Below the pieces are notes generated by a model, which was given only the letters and a program-made list of their open reading frames with translations, was not told the DNA's origin and did no database searches. The translations under genes were made by a program, and so were the position numbers. A DNA stretch of 64,000 nt from Alphaproteobacteria bacterium (lineage in GTDB: Bacteria; Pseudomonadota; Alphaproteobacteria; SP197), in NCBI GenBank assembly GCA_964291415.2, contig OZ219920.1:1592571-1656570 (forward strand). Reading direction: 5' to 3'. This document shows positions 10,039 through 19,288 of the stretch, piece by piece. Position 1 is the first letter of the stretch. Each line of letters begins with the position of its first letter.

Positions 10039-12198
10039 CTATGCCGTGAAGACGGGCGCCGGGCGCGCTGCAGCCTCCCGGGACGGGACAGGCCCGTCAT
10101 CATGGTTGTCGACTGTCTTCCGGGGGATCAGCACGGCATCGACGGCCCTGACGAAGTCTACACCGACGATGAGCGGATTGACGTCCATCTCGGCGACGAC
10201 ATCCTTCAGCGCGTGGCAGACAGCGGAAAAGCGGCTGAGCACAACCGAGAGCCGGGCAATGTCGCAGGGCGGCCGGGACCGCACCCCGTCAAGCAGGCGG
10301 CGGATCCTCAGGTCGTCGATGAGGCGGCGAGCTTCATTCGTGCCAAACGGCGCGAGCGACGAAGCCCGGTCTTCAAGCAGTTCCACCAGGGTGCCCCCGG
10401 CGCTCACCATGACCACAGGTCCCCACTGGGGATCGTTCACCATGCCGAATGCCACTTCGGCCTCCCCCCGGACCATTCCGGCAACACACATATCCGGACC
10501 AAGCGACAACAGTGACGTGACGGCCATGCGAACGGCGGCCTCGTCCCGAAGGTCGAGATGAACACCACCGCTGTCGGACTTGTGGAGGAGTCCTGGCACC
10601 GCCGTCTTGAGCACTACCGGAAATCCGATGTCACGGGCCGCCGCGACGGCTTCTTCATGGGACCGACAGAACCGGCTTTCCGCAACCGGTATGCCGAATG
10701 CCCCGAGCATGGAGAGGGTTTCGGTTTCGCCAGGAGCCACACCCCCGGAAAGACGCTCTTGCCAGAGCCGGGCGAGATCCGGGTCCACGGCTTCAACCGC
10801 GCCTTCATCCACCTTCCTTCGATCTCGGTAGGCGAGAGCACATCTCACGCCCGTGAGAAGCGGCTTCACGCCATTGATCACCGGCACGCCGCAGTCGAGC
10901 ATGTCGCTGGCGAAGGACCCGTTGTCCGCCGTGCCGAGCGAGTTGGTGAGAACGTAGGGTTTTTCCGACTCACGGCCGATCTGTCGTGCCGCCTCGCCGA
11001 TATCGCGCAGGCCCTCGTTCCGGTCCGTGCGGTAGTACTCGTGGGCGAGGATCGCGACTCCGGGATCCCGCTCCAGAATGCCGGCACACTGGCCAATCAC
11101 AGCTCCGAGACGTTCGTTGTAGCGTCCGGCGGCGTCGAGCGGATTGACCGCCTCGAGTCCGATGTCGAGACACGATTCGAGAGCGCTGACAGTGGCTCTG
11201 GCCAGCGGCGCGAACTCGAGCCCCATGTCGCTGGCAAGGTCGATCATCTGCTCGCGCAATCCTCCCGAGTCGAGAATCGCGGCAAAGCCCCCCTCTCCCA
11301 CGGTCTTTCCGAGACCCAGGATCTGGGCCGCAGCCATGAGGCCGTCGAGATCGTCCGTGCGCAGGGCGCCGTAGCGGCGGCACACCGCATCGAATGCCGT
11401 GTCGTCTCCGACAAGTGCGCCTGAGTGTGTCTGGGCAAGACGAGCACTTTCGGGTGTTCTTCCTACTTTCGTGACCACCACCGGGATGCCCCGGTCGCGT
11501 GCCCTGGCGAGAGCCCGCACGAAGGCGTCCGGATCACGGATCGCCTCGGCGAAGAGCGCCAGAACCCGGGTCGTCGGCTGCTCCAGGGCGTAGTCCATGT
11601 AGTCGGCGATCGATGCATTGATCTCCTGTCCCTGGGACACCAGAAGATTGAAACGCATCCGGCGCGATTCGTTGGCCAGCATGCCGAACACCGATCCCGA
11701 GTGGCACAGGGCCGCGATATGGCCGGGCCGGGTATCGAGCGGCTCCTGGAAACTTGCGAAGGTCCGGGCGTCAAAGTTGTAGAAACCCATGCCGTTGCCG
11801 CCACACACCGGAACGTCTGCCTCGCGGGCCATCGCCTTCAGGCGCTCGAGAAGGCGGGGTTCCCGGTCTTCATCCAGGAGACAGGCATCGAAGATGACCA
11901 TGGCACGGGTTCCGGCGTGGATTGCCTCCCGCATGACCCCTTCCATGCGATGCGCAGCCACCGACAGAATGGCAAGATCGACCGGCCCCTCGAGTTCCGC
12001 CATGGAAGCCCTGGTCTCGATGCCCTCGACGGCGGAATGCCGCGGATTGACCACGACAAGGCTGCCCGTGTAGCCACCCGCGAGGAGGCTCCTCACCATG
12101 AGGTTTCCGACTGAGCCCGGCCGCGGCGATCCGCCGACAAGGGCAATGGATCGGGGCGCAAGCAGGGGCTCAAGCCAGTGGGTGCGTGCCGTCATCAT
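10039..12198 (-). CDS. ADP-forming acyl-CoA synthetase (acetate--CoA ligase family)
   Basis: CoA-binding PRSIALVGGS, GGNGMG, phospho-His THSGAL, NPLD, ATP-grasp HKSDSGGV and EMDVNPL. Confidence 0.9.
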   Translation of the reverse strand: MMTARTHWLEPLLAPRSIALVGGSPRPGSVGNLMVRSLLAGGYTGSLVVVNPRHSAVEGIETRASMAELEGPVDLAILSVAAHRMEGVMREAIHAGTRAMVIFDACLLDEDREPRLLERLKAMAREADVPVCGGNGMGFYNFDARTFASFQEPLDTRPGHIAALCHSGSVFGMLANESRRMRFNLLVSQGQEINASIADYMDYALEQPTTRVLALFAEAIRDPDAFVRALARARDRGIPVVVTKVGRTPESARLAQTHSGALVGDDTAFDAVCRRYGALRTDDLDGLMAAAQILGLGKTVGEGGFAAILDSGGLREQMIDLASDMGLEFAPLARATVSALESCLDIGLEAVNPLDAAGRYNERLGAVIGQCAGILERDPGVAILAHEYYRTDRNEGLRDIGEAARQIGRESEKPYVLTNSLGTADNGSFASDMLDCGVPVINGVKPLLTGVRCALAYRDRRKVDEGAVEAVDPDLARLWQERLSGGVAPGETETLSMLGAFGIPVAESRFCRSHEEAVAAARDIGFPVVLKTAVPGLLHKSDSGGVHLDLRDEAAVRMAVTSLLSLGPDMCVAGMVRGEAEVAFGMVNDPQWGPVVMVSAGGTLVELLEDRASSLAPFGTNEARRLIDDLRIRRLLDGVRSRPPCDIARLSVVLSRFSAVCHALKDVVAEMDVNPLIVGVDFVRAVDAVLIPRKTVDNHDDGPVPSREAAARPAPVFTA

Positions 12199-12332
12199 GA
12201 ACCCCTCGCCAGACCGCCGGCAAATCATGGTCCGGGCATGGGGTGTGTCAAGGAGGACCCGGCAGCCTTGCAGGCGGAGGCGCGCAGGCGTTAACTGATG
12301 GATTGGTTGAATCGGAACAGCGGGAGCAATCC

Positions 12333-13142
12333 ATGACCTTGCCTGTCGAAGACGGTACCAGCCAGGGCGTGGCTGTTCACCGGGAGGATGGCGTGCTGCT
12401 CGTCACACTCGATCGACCTCCGGCCAACGCCATCGACAATGCGACGAGCCGCAGGATGGGGGAGGTGTTCCTCGGATTTCGCGACGATCCCGCTCTCAGG
12501 GTGGCCATCCTGACCGGCGGCGGCGAGAAGTTCTTCTCGGCCGGCTGGGACCTCAAGGCCGCATCGGCCGAACTCGAGGTGCTCGAGGAGGATTACGGAC
12601 CTGGCGGGTTTGGCGGCATGCAGGACCTGCTCGATCTCAACAAGCCCATCATCAGCGCCGTCAACGGCATCTGTTGCGGCGGCGGACTCGAAGTCGCCCT
12701 CGACGCCGACATTCTGATTGCCGCCGAACACGCCACCTTCGCGCTTCCCGAAATCACAGTCGGTACCTATGCGCCGGCGGCCTGCATCGCCCTGCCGAAG
12801 CGCATTCCCTACCACATCGCCATGGAACTTCTGCTCACCGGCAGGTGGTTCGATGCCGCCGAAGCGCACCGCTGGGGCCTGGTCAATCGCGTGGTGCCTG
12901 CAGCGGATCTCATGGATGAAGCCTGGAAACTCGCAAGACTCCTTGCCGGCGGGCCGCCCCTTGTCCAGGCGGTCACCAAGGAAATTGTGCGCGATGCAGA
13001 GGACAAGAAATTCCAGGACGCTCTCAACAAGGTCAACGCGCGGCAATACCGCACGGTCGAGGTCATGATTCCCAGCGAGGACCGCAAGGAGGGGCCCCGC
13101 GCCTTCCAGGAGAAGCGCAAACCGGTCTGGAAGGGGCGCTGA
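12333..13142 (+). CDS. Carnitinyl-CoA dehydratase / crotonobetainyl-CoA hydratase (CaiD-like crotonase)
   Basis: FFSAGWDLKAA, GPGGFGG, NG...GGGLE, FALPE, EKRKPVWKGR. Confidence 0.85.
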   Translation: MTLPVEDGTSQGVAVHREDGVLLVTLDRPPANAIDNATSRRMGEVFLGFRDDPALRVAILTGGGEKFFSAGWDLKAASAELEVLEEDYGPGGFGGMQDLLDLNKPIISAVNGICCGGGLEVALDADILIAAEHATFALPEITVGTYAPAACIALPKRIPYHIAMELLLTGRWFDAAEAHRWGLVNRVVPAADLMDEAWKLARLLAGGPPLVQAVTKEIVRDAEDKKFQDALNKVNARQYRTVEVMIPSEDRKEGPRAFQEKRKPVWKGR

Positions 13143-13165
13143 CCGGGGTCCCGTTCTGTGGAGAT

Positions 13166-15256
13166 GTGACGAGAGTGGCGCGCGACCCGAGATACGACAT
13201 TCTGTTCGAGCCGGTGCGCATCGGCCCCGTCGTGGCGCGCAACCGGTTCTACCAGGTTCCCCACTGCAACGGCTCCGGCATTCAGTTTCCCCACGGTCAG
13301 GCCGCCATGCGCGGCATGAAGGCCGAGGGCGGTTGGGCGGTGGTCAACACCGAGTGGTGTTCGATTCACCCGTCCATGGACATCCCCTCGGCCCAGAGCA
13401 CGAGGCTGTGGAGCCGGGAGGACGTGCGCGTACACGCCCTGATGGTGGAGGCCGTCCATCGCCACGGCGCACTGGCCGGGTGCGAACTCGCCCACGCCGG
13501 TCTCACGTCGCACAATTCCTACAGCCGGCTGCCGGCCTTGGGACCGTCTGCGCGACCCATGCCACCCCAGGACTTTCCCGGACATGGGCGGGCCATGACA
13601 CGCGACGACATTCGCAACGTCCGGCGCTGGCACCGCGCGGGTGTCAGACGTGCCCTCGAGGCGGGATTCGACCTCGTCTACGTCTACGCCAGCCACGGCA
13701 TCACGGTCTTCACGGACTTCCTGTCGCCGCGGATCAACCGGCGAACGGACGAATACGGGGGATGTTTCGAGAATCGACTGCGCCTCCTGCGCGAGACCCT
13801 CGAGGACGTCATGGACGAAGCGCAGGGACGCTGCGCCGTTGCCCTGCGATTCGGCGTCGACGAGAAAGACGAACCGCCGTTTCTGGGAGACGAGGAGTGC
13901 CGGGCTGTCGTCGAATGCCTGGCCGACGTTCCCGATCTCTGGGACGTGAACATCGGTGGGCCGAACGACATGCTGACGTCGCGTTTCCGCAAGGAGGGCT
14001 GGCAGGAACCGTCCATGGCCTTCGTCAAGACGCTCACGTCCCGACCGGTCGTGGGCGTCGGGCGCTTCACCAGCCCGGATACGATGGCGGCCATGGTCCG
14101 GCGTGGCGTCGTCGACTTCATCGGTGCGGCCCGACCGTCGATCGCCGATCCGTTCCTGCCCCGCAAGATCGAGGAAGGCCGCATCGACGACATTCGCGAG
14201 TGTATCGGCTGCAACGTGTGCCTGGCCTCCAACATGATGTCCGTACCCATCCGCTGCACCCAGAATCCCACCATGTCGGAGGAATGGCGCCGTGGATGGC
14301 ACCCCGAGCGACTGCCCCGGCGCGGTAGCGGAACCCGCGTCCTTGTCATCGGAGCCGGGCCGGCTGGTCTCGAGGCGGCAAGGGCAGCTGGCCAGCGGGG
14401 CTATGAAGTGACGTTGGCTGAGGCGGGTTCGGAGGCCGGTGGTCATCTCAACCAGATGGCACGACTACCGGGTCTCGAGGAATGGATCCGGGTACGCGAC
14501 TGGCGAGTCGGTCAGATCGACCGGATGAACAACGTCGAAGTGTTCCGCGAGAGCAGACTCAACGCATCGGACGTGGCGGACTGGGGTCTCGGTCATGTGA
14601 TTGTCGCCACCGGATCGCACTGGCGACGTGACGGAGTGGGACGCACCAACATCGATCCAGTCCAGGGACACGCATGCGAGCATGTCCTCACCCCCGATGA
14701 CGTTCTTGACAAAGCCCCTGTCCACTCGCCGGTGGTGATCTTCGATGACGACGCCTATGTCATGGGCGGAGCACTGGCAGAGAAGCTCGCCCGCGATGGA
14801 CACCGCGTGCTTCTCGTCGCCACCGGGGCCATGGTGTCGCCCTGGAGTCGTTTCGTGATCGACCAGGCGGACATTCACCGCCGCCTGGTCGCATGCGGTG
14901 TCGACGTTCTCCTCAGCCACAATCTCCTGGCCATAGAGGAGGGCTCGGTAACCGTCGCCGGCATGTTCGGTGAAGCTCCATTCGTCCGGGAGGCAGCAAG
15001 CGTGGTTCTGGTCACCATGCGCAACCCGCAGTCCGAACTGGCCGATGACCTCGGCAAGGCCCGGGGAGACGACGGTACAGGCGCCATCCAGAGCCTTGTC
15101 GCCGTGGGGGATTGCCATGTACCGGGACTGCTCTCGGAGGCTGTCTTCAGCGGTCATCTGGCGGCTCGCGCGCTTGACGAAACCGGCTCCGGGGACCTTC
15201 CCTTCCGGGTCGAACAGGTGCCCGCGGACTTCCGGTTCGCCGGGGACGGGAGATGA
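13166..15256 (+). CDS. Trimethylamine/histamine dehydrogenase-family iron-sulfur flavoprotein
   Basis: ARDPRYDILFEP..NRFYQVPHC (covalent FMN Cys), YVYASH, CIGCNVC..C 4Fe-4S motif, GAGPAG. Confidence 0.9.
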   Translation: MTRVARDPRYDILFEPVRIGPVVARNRFYQVPHCNGSGIQFPHGQAAMRGMKAEGGWAVVNTEWCSIHPSMDIPSAQSTRLWSREDVRVHALMVEAVHRHGALAGCELAHAGLTSHNSYSRLPALGPSARPMPPQDFPGHGRAMTRDDIRNVRRWHRAGVRRALEAGFDLVYVYASHGITVFTDFLSPRINRRTDEYGGCFENRLRLLRETLEDVMDEAQGRCAVALRFGVDEKDEPPFLGDEECRAVVECLADVPDLWDVNIGGPNDMLTSRFRKEGWQEPSMAFVKTLTSRPVVGVGRFTSPDTMAAMVRRGVVDFIGAARPSIADPFLPRKIEEGRIDDIRECIGCNVCLASNMMSVPIRCTQNPTMSEEWRRGWHPERLPRRGSGTRVLVIGAGPAGLEAARAAGQRGYEVTLAEAGSEAGGHLNQMARLPGLEEWIRVRDWRVGQIDRMNNVEVFRESRLNASDVADWGLGHVIVATGSHWRRDGVGRTNIDPVQGHACEHVLTPDDVLDKAPVHSPVVIFDDDAYVMGGALAEKLARDGHRVLLVATGAMVSPWSRFVIDQADIHRRLVACGVDVLLSHNLLAIEEGSVTVAGMFGEAPFVREAASVVLVTMRNPQSELADDLGKARGDDGTGAIQSLVAVGDCHVPGLLSEAVFSGHLAARALDETGSGDLPFRVEQVPADFRFAGDGR

Positions 15257-15259
15257 CAC

Positions 15260-16066
15260 GTGCGTGAGGTGACCGATCAGGATCGTGCCGTGTTCGAGGA
15301 AGACGGTGTCGTGCTGCTGTCCGACGCCTTCGAAGAGGCATGGGTCGCCTCTCTGCGCGAAGCCGTTGACGAAGCGATGGCCAACCCCGGCCCCCATGCG
15401 ATGGAGTACGCCAGGGAAGGCCGCTTCTTCGGCGATGTCGAACTGGCCCATCGCCTGCCGGCGTTCATGCGCTTCGTGCGCGAGTCGCCTGCCGCCGCCT
15501 ACGCCGGTCTCATCATGGGATCCTCGAAGGTCAACTATTTCGACGATCATCTCCTGGTCAAGGAACCGGGAACCACCAAGCCCTCGCCGTGGCACCAGGA
15601 CCAGCCCTACTGGGCCGTCAGCGGGCGCCAGGTCTGTTCCCTGTGGCTGCCGCTCGATTCCGTCGGCCGGGACATTGCCGTCGAATTCGTGAAGGGCTCC
15701 CACCACTGGCAGGAGTTCAACCCCTATCACTTCGAGGACGGGCGCCTTTACGAGGGGGTCGGGCTCCCTCGCCTGCCGGACATCGAATCACATCGCGAAC
15801 GGTACGACATCCTGCGTTTTGCCATGGAACCCGGGGATGCGCTCATGTTTCACGGCATGATCGTTCACGGCGCTCCCGGCAACACCGGCCATCGTCGCCG
15901 CCGGGCGCTCTCGACCCGGTGGACCGGGGACGATGCGCGCTTCTTCCGGCGTCCGGGCGAGATTTCCGTCCCCACCGTTCTGCCGGACCTTGCCGACGGC
16001 GCGTGCCTGGATTGCGACCGTTTCCCGGTCGTCTGGAGACATGCCTCTCCAGGGCATGGTGCCTGA
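15260..16066 (+). CDS. Phytanoyl-CoA dioxygenase (PhyH) family Fe(II)/2-oxoglutarate dioxygenase
   Basis: PWHQD, GSH, PGDALMFH..VHGA, RRALS. Confidence 0.88.
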   Translation: MREVTDQDRAVFEEDGVVLLSDAFEEAWVASLREAVDEAMANPGPHAMEYAREGRFFGDVELAHRLPAFMRFVRESPAAAYAGLIMGSSKVNYFDDHLLVKEPGTTKPSPWHQDQPYWAVSGRQVCSLWLPLDSVGRDIAVEFVKGSHHWQEFNPYHFEDGRLYEGVGLPRLPDIESHRERYDILRFAMEPGDALMFHGMIVHGAPGNTGHRRRRALSTRWTGDDARFFRRPGEISVPTVLPDLADGACLDCDRFPVVWRHASPGHGA

Positions 16067-16072
16067 ACGTCC

Positions 16073-17020
16073 GTGACACGTCGCACGCTCTATCCGCCGG
16101 TCGAGCCCTATCGATCGGGCCGACTGGCGGTCGGGGACGGCCACGAACTCTACTTCGAGGAATGCGGCAACCCTGACGGCAAGCCTGCCGTCTTTCTTCA
16201 TGGCGGACCCGGAGGCGGAGTGAGGCCCCACTACCGGCAGTACTTCGACCCCGAAGCCTGGCGCGTGATCCTGTTCGACCAGAGGGGCTGCGGCCGCTCC
16301 ACACCGTGGGCCTTGCTCGAAGCCAACACCACCTGGCACCTGGTCGAGGACATGGAGGTCTTGAGGCGATTTCTCGGAATCTCCTCCTGGCTTGTCTTCG
16401 GTGGATCCTGGGGGAGCGCGCTGGGGCTCGCCTATGCCCAGACCCATCCCGGGCATGTGAGTGCACTGGTGCTCTACGGCATCTTCACCCTGCGCAAGTC
16501 GGAATTGCGATGGCTCTACCAGGACGGAGCCAGCCACGTCTTTCCCGATGCGTGGGAGGACTTTCTCGCCCCTGTTCCCGAAGCCGGACGGAACGACATG
16601 ATGGGATCCTACATGCAGCTCCTGACATCCGGCGACCCCGACAGGGAACGCGAGGCAGCGAGGGCATGGAGTGTCTGGGAAGGGTCGATCCTTTCGCTCA
16701 TTCCCGATCCCGGACGGATGGAAAGATTTGCCGGCGATGCCTTCGCCAGGGCCTTTGCCCGGATCGAATGTCACTACTTTGTCAATGGCGGGTTCTTCTC
16801 CCGTGACGGCCAACTCATCGACAACATCGACAGGTGCCGGCACATTCCCGCGGTGATCGTGCAGGGACGCTACGACATCTGCACACCGGCCAGAACGGCA
16901 TGGGACCTTCACCGCGCATGGCCGGAAGCCGACTTCCGCCTGGTGCCCGATGCCGGACACACGGCCCTCGAACCGGGGAACATCCATGAACTCGTGGGCG
17001 CCACGGATGGCTTCAGGTAG
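16073..17020 (+). CDS. pip: Prolyl aminopeptidase
   Basis: HGGPGGG, DQRGCGRS, GGSWGS, GRYD, DAGH. Confidence 0.95.
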   Translation: MTRRTLYPPVEPYRSGRLAVGDGHELYFEECGNPDGKPAVFLHGGPGGGVRPHYRQYFDPEAWRVILFDQRGCGRSTPWALLEANTTWHLVEDMEVLRRFLGISSWLVFGGSWGSALGLAYAQTHPGHVSALVLYGIFTLRKSELRWLYQDGASHVFPDAWEDFLAPVPEAGRNDMMGSYMQLLTSGDPDREREAARAWSVWEGSILSLIPDPGRMERFAGDAFARAFARIECHYFVNGGFFSRDGQLIDNIDRCRHIPAVIVQGRYDICTPARTAWDLHRAWPEADFRLVPDAGHTALEPGNIHELVGATDGFR

Positions 17021-17052
17021 GCTCGACTGTCGTTGGCGAGAGGACTCCGGCG

Positions 17053-17841
17053 ATGAATCTCGAACTTCAAGGCAAGACCGTCCTGATCACCGGTGGATCG
17101 CGCGGCATCGGCTATGCCACGGCACGTGCCTTCGCGTCGGAAGGAAGCAACCTCCACCTGGCCTCAAGGACGAGAGAAGATCTGGAACGGGCCAGGAACG
17201 CCATTCGGAGCGAATTCGCGGTGGCCGTCGACATTCACGCGGCCGATCTCTCGAGCGCAGAGCAGGCACGTGCGTTGGCGCACGCCTGCGCAGACGCCGA
17301 CATTCTCGTGAACAATGCGGGCGCCATTCCCCTGGGCACGTTGCTGGACGTTGACGAAGAAACCTGGCGCGCCGCCTGGGATCTCAAGCTCTTCGGCTAC
17401 ATCACGATGATGCGCGCCATGTACGGTGAAATGAAGGCGCGCGGCCGTGGTGTGATCGTCAACAACATCGGCACGGCAGGTGACCAACGGCCGTCCGGCT
17501 ATGCCGCGGGAGTGACGGCCAATGGTGCGCTCGTCACGCTGACGCGGGCTCTCGGCGGAACGAGTCTCGACGACGGAATCAGGGTCGTCGGCATCAGCCC
17601 CGGCGACATGGAAAACGACCGCGGCATCATGGCTCTCAAGCATCATGCCAGGAAGAGGTTCGGTGACAGCGACAGGTGGCGTGAACTGATATCCGGCATG
17701 CCGGGCGGCTCGCTCCCGGTTTCCGAAGACATGGCCCACGCCATCGTCTTCCTCGCCAGTCCCCGGGCGCGTTTCATCAGTGGCGTCGTGCTCACCGTCG
17801 ACGGCGGCATGTGCGCACGACAGGCGGTCATTGGCGGCTGA
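17053..17841 (+). CDS. Short-chain dehydrogenase/reductase with atypical catalytic motif
   Basis: TGGSRGIG, NNAG, C-terminal VDGG; lacks YxxxK. Confidence 0.85.
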   Translation: MNLELQGKTVLITGGSRGIGYATARAFASEGSNLHLASRTREDLERARNAIRSEFAVAVDIHAADLSSAEQARALAHACADADILVNNAGAIPLGTLLDVDEETWRAAWDLKLFGYITMMRAMYGEMKARGRGVIVNNIGTAGDQRPSGYAAGVTANGALVTLTRALGGTSLDDGIRVVGISPGDMENDRGIMALKHHARKRFGDSDRWRELISGMPGGSLPVSEDMAHAIVFLASPRARFISGVVLTVDGGMCARQAVIGG

Positions 17842-17919
17842 AACCGCCATTTGCTCCCGACCCGTTTCGTTGCCCCTGCAACGTCGCACATATCGTTTCA
17901 AGTTACGCGAAACGAAAAC

Positions 17920-17948
17920 TTGAAGTGACCGCAATATACTTTTATTAT
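17920..17948 (+). promoter_or_regulatory. Putative sigma70 promoter of the Fic gene
   Basis: TTGAAG-N17-TATTAT in an AT-rich islet; ATCGTTTCA repeats flank it. Confidence 0.55.
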
Positions 17949-17986
17949 AGATAGATAATCGTTTCACAATTAGGGCAAATCGTTTC

Positions 17987-19288
17987 ATGCCCCTCTCTGG
18001 CCGAGCCATAATCTACTACATCGCTGACCATCCCGGCGCCCGCCGGGACGATATCAGGCGGCACGCCGCGCCAGAGTCCAGCGAGACGACCGTCTGGCGC
18101 GCGCTCAGGCGGCTTATCGACGAGGGAAAGCTCCAGGTTTCGGGCAAGGGCCGTGCAACGGGCTACTCGCTAGCAGGCTCTGCCGTGGTCCGAGCCCATT
18201 TGCAAACGCCCTACAACCACCGAAGGCCCGTCAGCTACAATAGGGAGTTCCTGGACCGCTACATCCCGGACAAGACGCCTTATCTCGCCAAAGCAGACCG
18301 GCAACGCCTGTTCGAGGCCGGCGCGCGCGCCGGCGCGTCGTTACCAGCAGGCGCTTACGCACGCCGCATTCTCCAACGGCTGCTGGTCGATCTGTCATGG
18401 GCGTCTTCACGCATGGAAGGGAACACTTACAGCCTGTACCAAACCGAACGCCTGATTCGTTTCGGCGAGGAGGCTTCCGGGAAGGACCTCAAGGAAGCGG
18501 TCATGATCCTCAATCACAAGGACGCCATCGAATACATCGTGGACAACCTCGGCCAGATCGCGATCAGCCCGCTGGGCCTGTGCAATATCCACGCCTTCCT
18601 GGCTGACTGCCTTCTGGCCGATCCCGCCATGGACGGAACCCTCCGGAGTATGCCGGTCGGAATCTCGCATTCATGCTACAGGCCGCTTGAGGACCATTTC
18701 GCGATCAAAGAGGAGTTCGAGATCCTGATCGCGAAGGCCGCGGCCATTACCGATCCGTTCGAGCGGTCCTTCTTTCTCCTTGTCCATATCCCGTACTTGC
18801 AGGCGTTCGACGATATCAACAAGCGCACATCGCGCGTGTCCTCCAACATTCCGCTTCTCCAGGCCGGTCTCGGGCCTATGTCTTTCCTGACCGTGGATGA
18901 CCGCGCCTACATCGACGGTCTGCTGGGCGTCTATGAGCTGAACAATGTTTCCTTGCTGCGCGAGGTCTACATCGACGCCTATCTGGCCTCCGCAGACAGG
19001 TATCGCGTACTGCGTGCCGAGGTCGAGACGCCGGAAAAGGCAGCGCTCGTCTATCGCGATTTTGTCCGCGAGGCCGTGCGGCGCTGCGTGCTGGACTGGA
19101 AGGCATTCCGACCCCGTCAGATCAAGGAAATGACCGCGCACGCCGACATTCCGCAAGAGGATCGTGAGGACGTGGTCAATTATGTCGGGCAAGAGGTCCG
19201 CAGCCTGCATGAAGGGAACGTCATACGCTACCGGCTGCGCCCGGCGGACCTCAAAGGTCTCGGCTTCGTACATCAGGAGGAGGCATGA
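17987..19288 (+). CDS. Fic family protein with N-terminal winged-HTH-like domain
   Basis: N-terminal TVWRALRRL..GKGRATGY; inhibitory SSRMEGN; Fic-like loop YLQAFDDINKRTSR. Confidence 0.85.
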   Translation: MPLSGRAIIYYIADHPGARRDDIRRHAAPESSETTVWRALRRLIDEGKLQVSGKGRATGYSLAGSAVVRAHLQTPYNHRRPVSYNREFLDRYIPDKTPYLAKADRQRLFEAGARAGASLPAGAYARRILQRLLVDLSWASSRMEGNTYSLYQTERLIRFGEEASGKDLKEAVMILNHKDAIEYIVDNLGQIAISPLGLCNIHAFLADCLLADPAMDGTLRSMPVGISHSCYRPLEDHFAIKEEFEILIAKAAAITDPFERSFFLLVHIPYLQAFDDINKRTSRVSSNIPLLQAGLGPMSFLTVDDRAYIDGLLGVYELNNVSLLREVYIDAYLASADRYRVLRAEVETPEKAALVYRDFVREAVRRCVLDWKAFRPRQIKEMTAHADIPQEDREDVVNYVGQEVRSLHEGNVIRYRLRPADLKGLGFVHQEEA

